DNA of 64,000 nucleotides from Daphnia carinata (Eukaryota): NCBI RefSeq assembly GCF_022539665.2, contig NC_081332.1, positions 6,324,001 to 6,388,000 of the forward strand, read 5' to 3'. Shown piece by piece: positions 42,201 to 56,177 of this stretch (position 1 is its first letter; each line of letters starts with the position of its first letter). The notes under the pieces were generated by a model. It saw only the letters and a program-made list of their open reading frames with translations, ran no database searches and was not told where the DNA came from. The position numbers and the translations under genes were made by a program.

Positions 42201-45200
42201 GGCTCTTCCCTATATAGTTCAACGATATATATTTAATATTTTTTTTTTTTTTTTTTATATATTTTACTATCTTTGTGCGATGTATATATGTCTGTGTCTT
42301 TGGCGCTGCTGGAAGAAATGAGACGCCCTCGCGTTGCAAATCGCTTACAATCCATGAAGCGCGAGAGCGCCGATTGCGAGCATCAAACGCATCGGCGGCC
42401 CTATTGAATTTATTCCCGAATCTGAATGAAAACGACAAGTCGAAGAATTGGTATAATAATATTCGACATCATCATCATGTCTCTCTCTCTCTCTCTGTCT
42501 GCTGGAAATAAGTGAGGGATTCAGACAGAAGAATAAAAGGAAACGAACACGCAAAAAAAATGGGGCAATGAGCCGTGCATAGTGTGGCGCATTAAGACAG
42601 TTTTCTGTCGACGCCCGTCGCTTCTGCGCCTCGTCTACACGGCCCGTTATACCCATACATTATTTTTATAGGGGAGGAAATGATATCAAAATCGAAAAAG
42701 CGCCTCCTTCTCACACAGCGTGACTCATTCTCGGTTGTTGTTTTTTTATTCATATTTATATTGCATCTATCTATACATATTAATATGCTCCTCCTTTTTG
42801 TTCCTCTTGACTCCTCTTTTTTTTTTTTCGGGCAGGGAGGCAAATGGAAGCCAGAAATATCAAACAGGGTGAATATCAATCGATATCTGACGGCGGCGGC
42901 GGCGGCAGCGGCGGATGTGTCAGCCGCAGTCGCATGGAGACGGATCGGCGTCAATTAAAAGCCTCTTCCATCTCTCTCGGCTGCTCTTCGAGAGGTTTGT
43001 GTGGCCAGCCGACGAACTATAGAAAAAGAGAGGGTGGCATACATTATCTCATCAATGATGGATTAGAGCGTAGATCCTTCCACCATCCACCACAACCGAA
43101 GACAAAAAAGAAAAAAATGTTTTATTATTATTTTTTTTTTTTTTCGTTTTTAGAAGCCCCTTCTTTAGTATTCACTCGTTCAGCTACGCCCGTCCAGGAA
43201 TATATAGCGCAATGCTAGCGGATCATCATGGCCGACGTTGTGGCGCAACTGTCTAATTAACCACTTATCCCTGTACTGTGGGGAATGAGAGAACTGATGG
43301 TCTAGCGGTGATGGACAAAAGAGAAACAGGCAACCGACTAACTATACCAACACCCGCGCACTGGATTGTCCGCTTTTGACGCCACACAACCAGCTGGATG
43401 CCAGCTGTTTTTTTCTTTTTTGTAAACTAATTTTTTGTTTCAAATGAATGTCGGCGGAAATTCTAACTTCCCTCCCGAGTTCCGTCTTACGCCATTCTAA
43501 TTTCTGCTGGTTTTTTTTTTTTTTTTCATCCGGATGTGCTTGTCCTCTTTGGTAAAAATGCCAATACAAGAAAGAGATTACAAAAATAATAATAATAATA
43601 ATAATAGAAGCGCTTTTCTTTTTTTTTTTTTTAGTGTGACGCATACAATCCTGATTCGCAATCTAGCAATTCGTTTGTGACCAAACACATAGCCCCTTGC
43701 ATGATGAACATGATGACGAGGCCATTCAATCACGCTCAATTTTTACTATGGCAATAACGAGCACTTGAAGCTTCTTTTTTTTTTCTTCTTCTTCTCCAGT
43801 TTGTTGCTTTGTGCTTGATTAGGACCTAGTCGGGGCAAAAGCAAAAAAAAAAAAAAAAAAAAAAGGGGGGGAATGGCGATGGTATTGTTCTCTATGGAAA
43901 TCGTGACTTGCACGAGACCATAATACGCTCTATGATTATGAGTCATTTTTTTGGCTATAGGCAATTTGTGTTGCGCTCTGTTCTCTCTCCTTTTTGGTCA
44001 GAACCGAATAAAAGCGTAGAAGGATAGAGAGCTCTGCGTGCGTAATTGAATCGCGACGGTGCCGCAGTGAGTGGGAGACTTCATAGTGAAGTAGACGAGC
44101 GAAACAAAAGAGGAAACTAAAAGAAAAAGAACCTGAACACGCGTCGAACAAAAGAGACTCGATGACCGGAATGGCTTTAGATAATGGCAATGATCGGTAA
44201 GATCTTCTTGTTTTTTTTTGTGTTTTTTTTTTTTTTGCCTTCTATTTTACCATCGTTTCTCTTTTCTTATTTTCTATTTTACGTTTTGTATAAAGTTTTT
44301 TTTTCCACCTTGTTCCTTTGGGAAAGATGGGGAGTGTCTCCGACTACTAAAAGCCACAGACACCATCACACACGTAGACGTAGAGGAAGATAGAGAAGAA
44401 GAAAAAAAAAGGGGGGGGGGAGGGCGAAACGAAGCGGGAAAAGAGTTCAAGCCGAGGTTATGGCTTACCATTTGTCTTGTCGGATTTTATTATTATTATT
44501 TTTTATCTCCTTTTCTTCTTCCCTTCTTTTCTTGCCCTCCCCCCAAAGGGGCTGTGCGATGCAGATAGGAAGAACAACGACTCTTGTGTGTGTGTGTGTG
44601 TGTGTATGTGTGTATATATTCTATATATCTATAGAAGATGGATGTATAAATCTTACGTGAACGTGTATCTTCCTTTATCCATCTCTCCCTATAACTCCCC
44701 CCCCCCCTTTTTTTTATGCGTTTTTCTTTTTTGTAGTGTGTTGAAATACAGTAAATGTAATACAGTCGACAGGTCAGACGGCCTCTCGGTTTTTACGGAC
44801 GAACGGATGGACGACTGCCGAGACCCGGGTGGCTTCTGGGGAGGTTCCGGGCCGGCCGTCGATGGGCGCGCGGTCTGAAATGACAGACACGCCTCTCTCT
44901 GTTAAAAGAAGAACAGAGTTAAAAGTTGGAACAAGACGGGGGGTTAAAAAAAAAAATTAAACAAAATAAAAAAGACCCAAAGAAAAATGAGACATGGACA
45001 AAAAGTGAGAGAGCTATAGACGTAATGTGTAACAGAACAGGACATGTGACGTCAATTATAGAAAAAAAAGGGAAACACACATATATTTTTTTAGAAAACA
45101 CGTGATGTATGTAGAAATAAAGTTGTGGGTGTTGTTTTCTTTTTAAATTGACGCAACACAAGTTCGAAGCCCGAAAGACACGAGCCTCGTCAATATTCAT

Positions 45201-46470
45201 CTGGCGGAAGATGGAGTAAAAAAAAAAAAAAAAAAAAAAATCTAAAAATGTTGGGAGAAATGGGACACGACAGCTGACGTCATCAGAAGTAGATGGATTC
45301 ATCTGTCGTTCTGTACGGACGCATAATAGCCTCTTTCATGTAAAAAAAATTGTAGTTCAAGCAAACTGTCCGAATAAGAGCGATAGCATCGTTATTGGAA
45401 TTTCCTCAGCTTTTCCATAGACGATCCCGAAAAAAAAAAAAAAAAAATATATTTATAGAAATAAAAATCATAAACAGTTGCGAAGAAAAAAAAAAATGCT
45501 TATGGGACTTATGTTCCGAACGAAACGCCAGAGTGGATTAGGCTTTTTTTTTTTTGAATGTCGGAAGTCATCGTAATAACATCAGGGAACTCATGTCAAA
45601 TAAGTCAATCAAGGTCCGACGAATATTCTTTCTATTCCCTACGAAGATTTCGACATTTTTCTGTAATTTCCTCATTAGCCACTCATTTACATGCGCCTCT
45701 TTTATATACGAAAGCGTCTTTGAAACGGTTTAACGAGCCTCTCTTTGAAAATAGGCTAAAAAAAAAAAGAAAACGAATCAAGCAAATGTAATGTAGGAAC
45801 TGTCCCATTTGTCTTCTAAATGACTTGTTTTAATGACACAGTCGTTCGTTTATTCAAACTACAGCGGACAATTTAAAAAGAAAATTCCAATTTACTCGTT
45901 TTGCATTTCAGAAAAAAACAAAACAAAATGCAAGTTGTTTCCATCTAAAAGGATTGCAAACGGTCGTAGCTTCCAACCTATTTTCATAACATTTGTAGAC
46001 GTTGGCCATGATTTTGTCACGTCTTCGAAATCTCCCATTCCACTGCACAGTAGATTTATACCCCCACACACGACCAAGACTATAATGCAAAGCACAACCA
46101 GTATATTACACGCGTTGTAAACTAACTATACGGCAGCGGCAGCTCCGGTCATTTCCCCACTGCCAAACGCTCAGTGGCAGTTTTAGGTGGACGGACAGAG
46201 AGAGACAGGTAGTTTTAACATCATATCATGCCCGTAAGAAATAAAAAAAAAAAAAAAAAAAACATATAAAAACTAAAATAAAATAAAAGAATATAACCTG
46301 TTAAAATGTGTTTGTAGAAAGAAAAAAAAAACGCGGTGTCTATCGATCTTGGCTAAGCGAATAGCCGCAAAACAGTGTGCCCCATCTGAGCTATACATCG
46401 CATAGCCCAACGTTCTCACCCAAGAAGAGAATTTATGATTGAATTCGGTGTAATAAAGTAGAAGTCCGAG

Positions 46471-46473
<3 letters not shown>

Positions 46474-46501
<28 letters not shown>
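46474..46501. repeat. Poly-T run of 28 nt, representative of the very numerous long A/T and C/G homopolymers
   Basis: Direct reading of the sequence. Confidence 0.9.
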
Positions 46502-47283
46502 GCCGATGAAAAAAAAAAAAAGCCTCAAGAATCAGAGGCCAAAGAGGAATAAAAAAAAAAAAGAGCTCTTTCGTTTTTTCTTTCCGAATTTATGATAATT
46601 CGACGAGAGTATATGCGTCCTATTTCAGAGCTGGCAAAAGGCAGCAGCTGTAAAAGTCCAGCTTGATGACCTGGCTGAAATCTATGTTGTTGATGCGATT
46701 CAATGGTTCCCTGCACGACTATCCCGACCATCAACGAGTTTTTTTTTTTTTTTTCCGAGAGATCCTCCTCCCTGCCGCATTTTTTTTTTTTCGGGGGGGG
46801 CTGCCAGCAGAACATTAAACGTTCCAGAGATGTTGAAAGCAAACGAAATCACGCACTTACTTTTGAGCGACAGGGCTCGAGGTCACGTTTTCTGTTTGCA
46901 CTGCGGCTTGTCTTATCTCCTTTTTTTTCTCTCTCTCCCTCGTAGACTTATTGCTTCTTATTTATTTTTTTTTTTTTTTGTGGCCGCTAGTTCGGCAAGA
47001 AGAACTCAGTTGACGATTGCCTTCGTTTTTCGGCCGGTGTAAGTGTACATCCTACCCGTCCCTGTCGATGGCGCAATATATATGTACAGTATATCTGTGT
47101 GTGTGTGTGTGGGTGTGTGTGTACAAATAAGGTTCTTATTTTATTTTTTTTTTTTTATCAGTCTATTGGTATTGGTCTTGTTGACTCTCTTCTTTTTCTC
47201 GCTAACTTTCTTTCGACGTTGCCGGTTTGACGTGGAATTGAACGCCCGCGGACGACACTCTGATAGCTTCGCTTCTTATCTTT

Positions 47284-47314
<31 letters not shown>

Positions 47315-49039
47315 GGTTTAAAAACATGTATACGGTATGTGTGCATGCACACAGAATATGTTTATTATCTGTACCGCACACGCACATAAGAAAAAAAGGG
47401 AAAGCGATACCATTTCGGGATGGCCTAGATTGCCGCCAATTCAAACGTATCGCATTTTGGTGTATAAGAAGTCAACCCAGATTTCACATGACGCAAAAAA
47501 ATAAAAAGGAAAAGACCGGCTGGAAAAGATTCAAATGTTCCCATGTGCATACAATTTAAAAAAAAAAAAAAAAAAAAAAAAGCTACAAATACGGCTTACA
47601 ATCAAGATAGGCAAGTCAACCCAAAGGTTTACTGCAATAGATTTAGGACCGTGGAATGAGACGGCGGGAAATTTTAACGAAATTTTAAAAGGACAGTGCG
47701 GGTTCAACTTTCTCCGGCTGCATTGCACAAAAAAGAAAAAAAAAAAGGAAAGCGTTAAAGATATTTATTTCTGAAGTTGACAAAGGAAAAAATAAACGGG
47801 AAACAAAAAAAAAAAAAATCTCTGGCGTACTTCAAAAGATTACGAATCGAATTACAGAGAACCCATTTTCAGCTTTCCGCAGAACTGTCAGAGTTTGGAA
47901 AACGGCATGTAAAAAAAAAAATAAATAAAATAAAAATTCCAAACAAAATCAAGAGAATATTTGCATGCAATCTATGTTCGACGATGTGGACGTGCCGAAA
48001 CGTTTTTCAGAACGAGTTTTTATTGACAAAAAAAAACAAAAGGAAAATTCCCAAGAACATTTCCACTGAAAATAAAACAAAAATCGCATCACGAAGGGGC
48101 CGGTGAAATCAACACTACACTCAATCGACCGAGTGATTTTAACCCAGTTCTATCTCACCGTTGCGTGAAAAGATCAACCCCATCGCTTTGGACAAACGAT
48201 CGGAGGAAAAACTAAGATTGTCTTTGGCAACATTCAAGCAGAACGAAGCTCTTCTTTCTCTGACAGTGTTGTATATACGTTTACAAGTCCTCAAGAGGGA
48301 ATAGGATAAAAGAAAAGAAAATTCTTTCAAAGTAAAAAGAGGACAAAAAAAAAAAAGAACCTGTGCCAGATTTATTATACGATTATCATCGATATAAAAA
48401 AGAAAAAAAAAAGAACTTGTTTTCCTCGACTGGAGCGCGCTATATGACGACGATCTACAGTGCCTTAACTATATGAAGATGGCGATTCTCGGAAAGAAGA
48501 AGAAGGACATAGAAATAAAAGAGAGAGAAAAAAAAGGGGGAGAAAGGCCGACTGTTGTGTTGACATGTCGGCCGTTTCCACCTCCGGCTTGATGGACGAG
48601 GCAGCTAGCACTAGCTACAGTCCAACAACGTGCTCCAAAGAGAGAAAAGAAGAAGGATAAGGTACGATTGCGACGCGAACAAGGTCTTTTTCTTCCTCTT
48701 CCACCGGCACCTTCTTTATTCCATCTGCTGGCCTTGTCACCTCGTCTTCTCAGAAGAATGAAGGAACGATGGAAAATGAAAGAATAAGTGAAAAATAAAG
48801 AAAGAAAGAAAAGAAAAGCCTTCACAAGTTAGATGACCTCTTGCTAGTTTTCTTCTCTCCAGCCCCACTAAAGTCGATCGTAATCTTCAAACCGAGACCC
48901 ATCAAGAGTGAGTGAAAAAGAGAGAGAGAGAAGGAACCTTTTGACACACTCCCACAAAAGCTCCTCTAGTCCTTCTTTCATTTCCCCCCTCCCTAACCAT
49001 TTCCACTTATATAAAAAAGAAAAAGAGGAAACTATTAGG

Positions 49040-49076
<37 letters not shown>

Positions 49077-49472
49077 GCGAAATACACCTTCCTTGCGGAC
49101 ACGGCAGATCGAATCGCTCGCATCAAAACAGCACCAGTGAACGAGAAACGTAGAAGAGCCCGCCGGGGCCCATCAGCCCCATAGAAATAGACGAGCTTAG
49201 CGAAGTCTTATAGGGCCAACGCAGCAGGTAGTCAAGGTAATGACCACCAAATGGCCTCAGAATGACGGCCTTAATGAATTCCATAGAATTGTGAGCTACA
49301 GACTTATTCGAAATGGACTGGGTTAAAGGAAAAATAAATTCCGTTGGGCTACAGGTTTATTCAATCACGAAACACTATGGGAATTCTTCCCGAACGGCCC
49401 ATCCCACCCTGACACGCGATCAGTGGACGAATTCGATGTCAGCCAAGAACCGGACTGAACGGGGTCCACACT

Positions 49473-49511
<39 letters not shown>

Positions 49512-52500
49512 TGAACGTCCATCTCTCCTCCCCAAAGGTTTGTTTTGTTTGCTCTGACTAACAAAAAACGTGAGCCAATGTTGAGAAAAAAAAAAAAACG
49601 TATATATCCCATTGATTCTGCGCTTGTATCTGTACGTCTGGCCGCGTGTGTGTGAGTCGGTGATCGATCGATCCATCCCGTCCATCGAAAAACGAGGCAC
49701 GCTCCACTAAACACGCTTGTATGTACAGTACGAAACCCACACCCAACGCTATAGCGGGACGAATTGATTATGTTTTAGAGTTTTGTTTATTCTTATTTTT
49801 GAAATGGATGTTGTTGTTTTTTTGTGTGTGTGTATGTGTGTCTTGAGGCCTGTACGAACAGTGAAAAAGAATTAAAGAGAAATGTTTTCATACCCGTAGA
49901 ATATGAGCCGAGAGTGGAGCGTGAAGAAACACAACATTTTCGGAGGGGGGGGATGCCAATCGGTCATTTTTCTTTTCTGTGCACGCGTTCTACGCAAGAC
50001 GCGCCGCGCTCCAGGAATCTCTAGACGTAACTAAACGATTATTAATTATTTACAAATGTATTGACATTGATTGATGGCGACAGCCCGTATCACGAATCCG
50101 TTTTTTAGCGATCAATGCCGTTGTAGACAAAACGACGTGATAAATGTGCAACTGACTAACAAAAGCTGCTTAGCTTTTGATTGATCACGATTTCACATCA
50201 AGACTTTCACGTTGTACGTAAAGCCACTTTTCAATTGATGGGCGCACACATACGACATTTTCCCAAAAAAATAAAATAAAATAAAATAAAATAAACGAGA
50301 AATAGAAGTGTATTAAAAGAACTTGCTGGGAGAGCGGAGTTTATCAGTTCTAACTGATACGAAAACGAAAGAAGAAAGAAGAAAGGAAGACGAAAATGAA
50401 ATGGTATAAAACAATGGGAAGACTAATCACGGCGTTATACTATGTCCCTCTTTTTTTTTCTTTTTTTTTCCATTCAGTGTGTGCCACGAAGAATAAAAGA
50501 CTTGCCACACAATAAGAGTCGACGAAACGAGATGAGTTCCATTGATTTTCTTTTCTTTTCTGGCTTGTTTTTCCTCTTGATTGAATTCTTCGATAGCAAT
50601 CAGTTGACATTTGTCACTTCCACGGCCATCAGCCAAGCCAACATTCCGCCACAAACAGAGAGAATCTCTCTCTCTCTCTGTTTTGTAAAAAAAATGTGAA
50701 CCACACAAACGAAGGTTGTTGTCTTTTTTTTCTTTCCCACATGGCTCGATAATAAAGAGAGAAATAATGGCGCCGACCAGATCATCAGCCTCAACCCTCC
50801 AAAACGACGAAAAAAAATCAAACGGTCCATCGACATTGGGTCTAGACATTTCTTAGAAATCGAAGGCAAAACCCTCATCAGGGCTGCGTTATTTACAGAG
50901 AGGCGGACTGGCTTTTTCCCATATTGCACAGCTCGAAATCGTATGGTCAACAAGTCAGTAGACATTTAACTTGGACTTATATTCTTTAGAAGAAAAAAAA
51001 AAAAAGAAAGAAAAGAAAATCCCTTTCTTCTTCTTGTATTTCTAAACTGCCCAAATGAAGAAGGGAATATAGTCGGCTTATCGTTATCATGTCACCGTGT
51101 TTCTATATCTACGTGTGTACACATATGACTGGCCCTGTGTGTATACACATGAGAGGGGGTTCCTCCTTGTGTCCTATTCTTTTCTTAGACCCATTTTCTT
51201 TTTGCTTTAGCTGATTATACCCACGCCCAAATGAACAACAAAGCAAACACGTCCATACACACGCATAGAAGAATATACCACTCGACCGAATCCGGCTGAC
51301 TGGTCATCGTGCCGCTCCGCCGCTGTGGGACCGTTTCGGCGCCGTATCACTAAGGGCCCAAAGGGAAATGGTTAAAAGGGCACAAAAAAAAAAGGGAAAG
51401 GTTTCATCCTTTTCGCACATGGCTGCTAATGCCTGCACACACATACACACACACACAAAATAAAAAAGAAGAAAAAAGAACGCGCCTGACGTTGATTTTC
51501 ATCAAGACCGAATATGAAAAGATAACACAGTCAGAATTTTGACAAGAGGAGGAAATAAAAAGAGGCGCGCCGTCCAGTCTACTGAACTGACGAAAAGCCA
51601 TTTTCTTATCGACATTTTTTTTTTCTCTTTTAGAAAGGAAAGAAAAAAGAAAATCATCAAAACAATTTCGTCGGTTGACTTTGAACTCGGTCCGTATAAA
51701 TATACGCCCACTGCCTTGATCTTTTTTTTTTTCCATTTCGGCCCCTTAAATGCCGCCGTTTGTGTGACCCCGCAAAATGTGAATCACCAACCAAATATTA
51801 TTTTTGATTTTTTTTTAACCGATGGGAAAGAAAAAGAAACTGCTGTTCATTTCGAACGTTTGATTATTTTTATTTTCCCAGACACACAGCGTTTCACGCT
51901 GGCGAAATTCCCGAGACGGCCGCTGTGTGTAGTTCAGACTCATTTGACACCTCGTATCTTTTTTAGCCACTGAAAAAAGAAAAAAAAAAATGTTTCACTA
52001 ACGTCGAACGCAAGAACCCACATGTTTTCATCAGCCCATTCAGCTATCACGAACGAAGTTGATCTTTTTTTTTCCCAAATGATTATAAGCTCTGCAATTC
52101 GGGAAAGAAAAAAGAACTGGTCGTAAGGGATAGAGGAACTTGTAAACTGGCCTGCTCGGATGAAAGAAACATTCGGTCCTCGTGGCGACACCTGGTACGT
52201 GCCATACACTTTTTTGAAACGTTCGCTCGGGTTGTGAAACGTTAACGACTTTCGCCTTCTCGTTGTTGTCGAGCGTTAGGCAACGGGGCGAGCCAACGCC
52301 ACAGACACAACGCAGAACGAGAGAAATACGGTCGGCCAGATTAGGAGAAAAGAAATATACATAAAAAAAAAACAAAGAGAAAGAAAAAAAAAAAAAGAAA
52401 AACGAAGGAATCAGATGAGACAATCAAGGCGGGGTCGATGTGTCGCTGGCTCCCCTTCATCCTGCATCCTGCTTAGTTAAACCTTGCATAGAAATCATCG

Positions 52501-55500
52501 TGTTGACACCGCCTATATAACAAGCCGAGCCCGACCGCAGATCTATAGACGCTCTCGTATCCTATACATTTTTGAATAGGGCTAAACAACCTTACCGTAC
52601 GTCTTCTCTCTCTCTCTTCGTTCTTTCTTCGTTTTTTTCTCCAGTTCCAACCGTGTTTGACGGTTCGTAGAATAAAGATGGTGCCACCAGGCTCTTTTCA
52701 ATTTCAAACGTTTCAAGGAGAAACGAGGGTAGGAAAAAAAAAATAATAATAATTTAACTTATTCCAAACAACATAACAAAATATTATATGCATAAAAGAA
52801 AAAAGGAGAGAAAAAAAAAAGAGCTGGAAAGCAACCAAAAATAATTTTGATGGTTTGAAGCCTCGTTTCGTGTGTAGTGTCACTAGCGTCAGAGCGCTGG
52901 CACGGATTTTTTGGAACTCGCCCGCCAGCAGACAGTGACACATGGCGGCAGTCACTGCGGTTCCAGCTCGGATACTTTTGAATTGGTTTCCAAAAGAGCC
53001 AACTATAGCTCGAAAGAAAGAAAAAAAAAAGAACCTCCCAAAGTCCCAAAAATAAATATAAATAAAATAAATACATCAAAACCTACAAATGACTCGGCTG
53101 AATGTTTCCCCAAAGTGATGGAACGATCGCGCAGAACAAGCGTCTCTATATTCAGCATATACAAGCTTACAATCTAATAAATATGAAACCCTAAACAGAC
53201 GCATCCCATCGACATTGCCGACAGCCATTTCTATATTAGTCGTCGTATCTATCAGATCGAAAAGCCCCAAAGATACACACACAACAGCAAAAACAAAATG
53301 AAAGACAATCCCAAAGATCAAACAAAAAGAAAAAAAAATTACATCATCACGTAAGTGTGTGTATTTTTTTTTTTTTCACTGTGTGTGGCTCGTTATCAAA
53401 CCTTCGGTGGGCAGCCGCAAACGATTTTTAAATGAAAAGGCAGATGATGTGAAGGGACCCAAGAAACGAGGGGCGTAAAAAGAAAAAAACGCTTTTGATT
53501 GATCAGATTGTCAGTGCTGTGGACGCCGATAGCCGATGCTGATTGAATTCCAAAATTCTTTTGTATATATATACAGTGTATACATTTCTCTTGTTTACGT
53601 AAGCATCTAGATGTGTCAAGGGGGTCACGGGCGGATCTGATTCAACTCATGTCATTGAGGGCCTGTAGGCGTATACGGCTGTTTCTCGCAAATCATTAGA
53701 CAATCAACAGCGCCCGCTGCGTTTGAAGTCTTGCCAGTCATTTCAACCGAATGTTTTCCCCAGTGTGTGGTATTATTATTTATGCCTACTGTGTATATTG
53801 ATTTTAAAAACGATATTTACAAATGTCAAACGAGAACGCGCAACAGGGGAAATGGGCGTCTCACTGATTTTGGAAAAAGCAAAATAGAAGGGGGGAAAAG
53901 AATATGAAAAAAAAGAGACACACACACACACACACACACAGAGGCGAAGACATTGAATATGATCACGTTATGTCCATCACACATCAGCAATGATACACAC
54001 AATCAACGTTTTGGGGGTTTAACCCACACGAGCGGCAAGCAAACCTCCTCCCCTCCTGAACGCTTTTGCCGCGAGGTCTTTTATGTCACCGGTGGTGGAT
54101 TGACTGCTGGTCTGTTGCAAAAATAAAAAAAAAAAAACTCGTTTACATTTTATTCTAAACACGAAAGCGTGTTTTCATTTCCCCTCTCGTCTTCACTCGT
54201 CCTCCCTTTATTGCCAAACAATGCTTTAAAACTCCTTTACTGGATGTATACAGCTCCGGACAGCTGTCAATTCATCGGGACAAGAGACGAGTGAAGCGGC
54301 GCACCGCCGCACATGTACCTAACCGTCGCTTACAATCAAAGGAAATTCTTTTTTTGGTAGCTTTTTTTTTTATGCATTTGACTTTGTCTCATTCTCTTTT
54401 TATTTTTTCTATGTGTGTGTGTTTCACGCGAACTTTGGTGCCGTCGCCATTGACCTCATGCCGACTTTGTCGCCGCTATTCGTGTAGCGTTCAGGCCAGC
54501 GTTTTCGGTGCCAAAATTGTAAACGACGGGCAAAAACAAATCAACGTTTCATCGAGCGGGAGAATAGTGGAGCCCTCTTTTACTTTTCGACTGTCAGTCG
54601 CCGCAATGGCAGACGCAGAGCAAACAGACTCCGTTTCTCCGGATTCGATGTCCGTTGCTATTTCCAGAAGGTCGTTTTTTTTTTTTTTCAGTATAGTTAC
54701 ATGTCTGGTAATGTTTTTCTTTGATGATTTTTATACTACGTCAGTTAGTTTTCATTCGAGTTTGTCTCGTTTAAGGGGTGGAACGAGACGAATGGAACGC
54801 AATTTTGAACTGCAACTCGGAAATGTAAAGAAAAATGTGCACGTACTCAGATAAAGAGGAAAAAAGAAAATAAAACAAGCACCAAAGAGAAAAACGAATG
54901 CAAGACTTGCGTTCGTGCCGTTTCGGTTCATTCAACCGAGCCGTTCTAATTTGTCTCCATCCAAAAGTCGACCTTCTCGGCATTTCTAGGGCTTTTATTT
55001 TATTTTATTTTATTTTATTTTTTTTACTTTGCGCAGACGCCATGTGTGTGTTACATCTTACATGTATCCGGGGGTATTTTTCATTCCATTTCTTTTATTT
55101 CTTTGTTAAAGTCTTCCGCGTCTTATTGTCGCATCCCCGCCACGGACAGTCCAATACGAACACACACACACACACACACACACGCACGAAAACATGAAAA
55201 AGGAAGCTTGTTATGAAGCGAGGAAGGATATTTCATTTTTGTACACACACACAGTCGCATTATATCTAATTTGTCACTTTTCCTTAATGCACCGGAACGA
55301 AAAAGACGACGATTCATTCGGAATAAGGATGTCAAATAACGAGAGAACGTGGAATAAAAAAAAAAATATATAAATAAATTAAATAAAAGGAAAAAAATAA
55401 ATAGGTAAACCGGTTGGCACCCCTCTGTTTCTCTCTTATTCTATCGTGATGCTTTTATTTAAAATTTTTTTTTTTTCATTCCATCATTTATTATTTCTTA

Positions 55501-55789
55501 GGAAAAGATTAAATAAAAAGGTGAGACAAAGAGAGTTTTTATTGTTTAACGAGTTTTGCTTTTAGAGTCTAATATCGGTGAAATTGACTTTTGCTTTTCA
55601 CGTGGAGGACTATATAGGTTAATCGAGAGTGGCAAAACGCAAGAGAAAGTGTAATACTTTTTAGTTTTTTTTTTTATTGGTTGATACCGGTGATACGGCT
55701 GTGAATAGGGTCGCCTTGATTGTGAATCAGGTCTGCGTGACCCATCAATAAAGAAAAGTCAAGGATGAATAATATAAGAAGTGATTCTT

Positions 55790-55829
55790 AAAAGAACACA
55801 TTAATTAGATGTTTTTAGTGCAGTTTATT
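55790..55829 (-). terminator. Polyadenylation signal of the peptide gene (AATAAA plus downstream GU/U-rich element)
   Basis: Minus strand AATAAA (55829-55824) is followed about 23 nt later by TGTGTTCTTTT. Confidence 0.55.
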
Positions 55830-55933
55830 CTATGCACGAAACGATAGGTAAAGAATTAAAGAATCAAGGTGAAAGAACCAATGTCGGTGTCCGTAATTGC
55901 TAGTCACGAGTTGCGTTCAGATGTTCGGCACAG
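55805..55933 (-). other. Probable non-coding last exon (3'-UTR) of the peptide gene, after an 82-nt 3'-UTR intron (56015-55934); 3' end approximate
   Basis: A perfect GTAAGT donor lies 1 nt after the stop codon, and an acceptor TATTTTCCTAAGTTTAG| ends at 55934. AATAAA is at 55829-55824. Confidence 0.55.
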
Positions 55934-56016
55934 CTAAACTTAGGAAAATAATACGGACATGCAAATACATCGTCTCGAAACGACAGAATGTCAAAACAAC
56001 TCAAATTGCACTTACT

Positions 56017-56177
56017 TCAACATTGTTTTAAACATTTCTTGACGCAGTCGGGCAAAGGTATTTTTCTAAAGCATCCGTGCGGTCCGCTAATGCACAAGTT
56101 GTACTTTTTAGGGTCACACGGCGTTTTATCGATTTCTTCTTGCAACGACTCCAGCGTGTCACGATCGAACATTACAG
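56017..56177 (-). CDS. Secreted cysteine-rich peptide gene, coding exon 3 (AVMFDRDTLESLQEEIDK-TPCDPKKYNLCISGPHGCFRKIPLPDCVKKCLKQC*)
   Basis: Acceptor TTATTAG|CT matches the phase-1 donor (G|CT = Ala). An acidic stretch precedes a cationic six-Cys domain that ends at TGA (56019-56017). Confidence 0.85.

Noticed and set aside
45892..46095. 67-aa ORF with a hydrophobic N-terminus
   Set aside because: Starts at GTG; no supporting splice or promoter signals found.
54291..54854. 187-aa plus-strand ORF, and similar long ORFs at 39538-40098, 8743-9255 and 12151-12654
   Set aside because: They run through poly-A/T and microsatellite tracts, giving poly-K/F and CVCV stretches. No domain motifs or coherent splice model.
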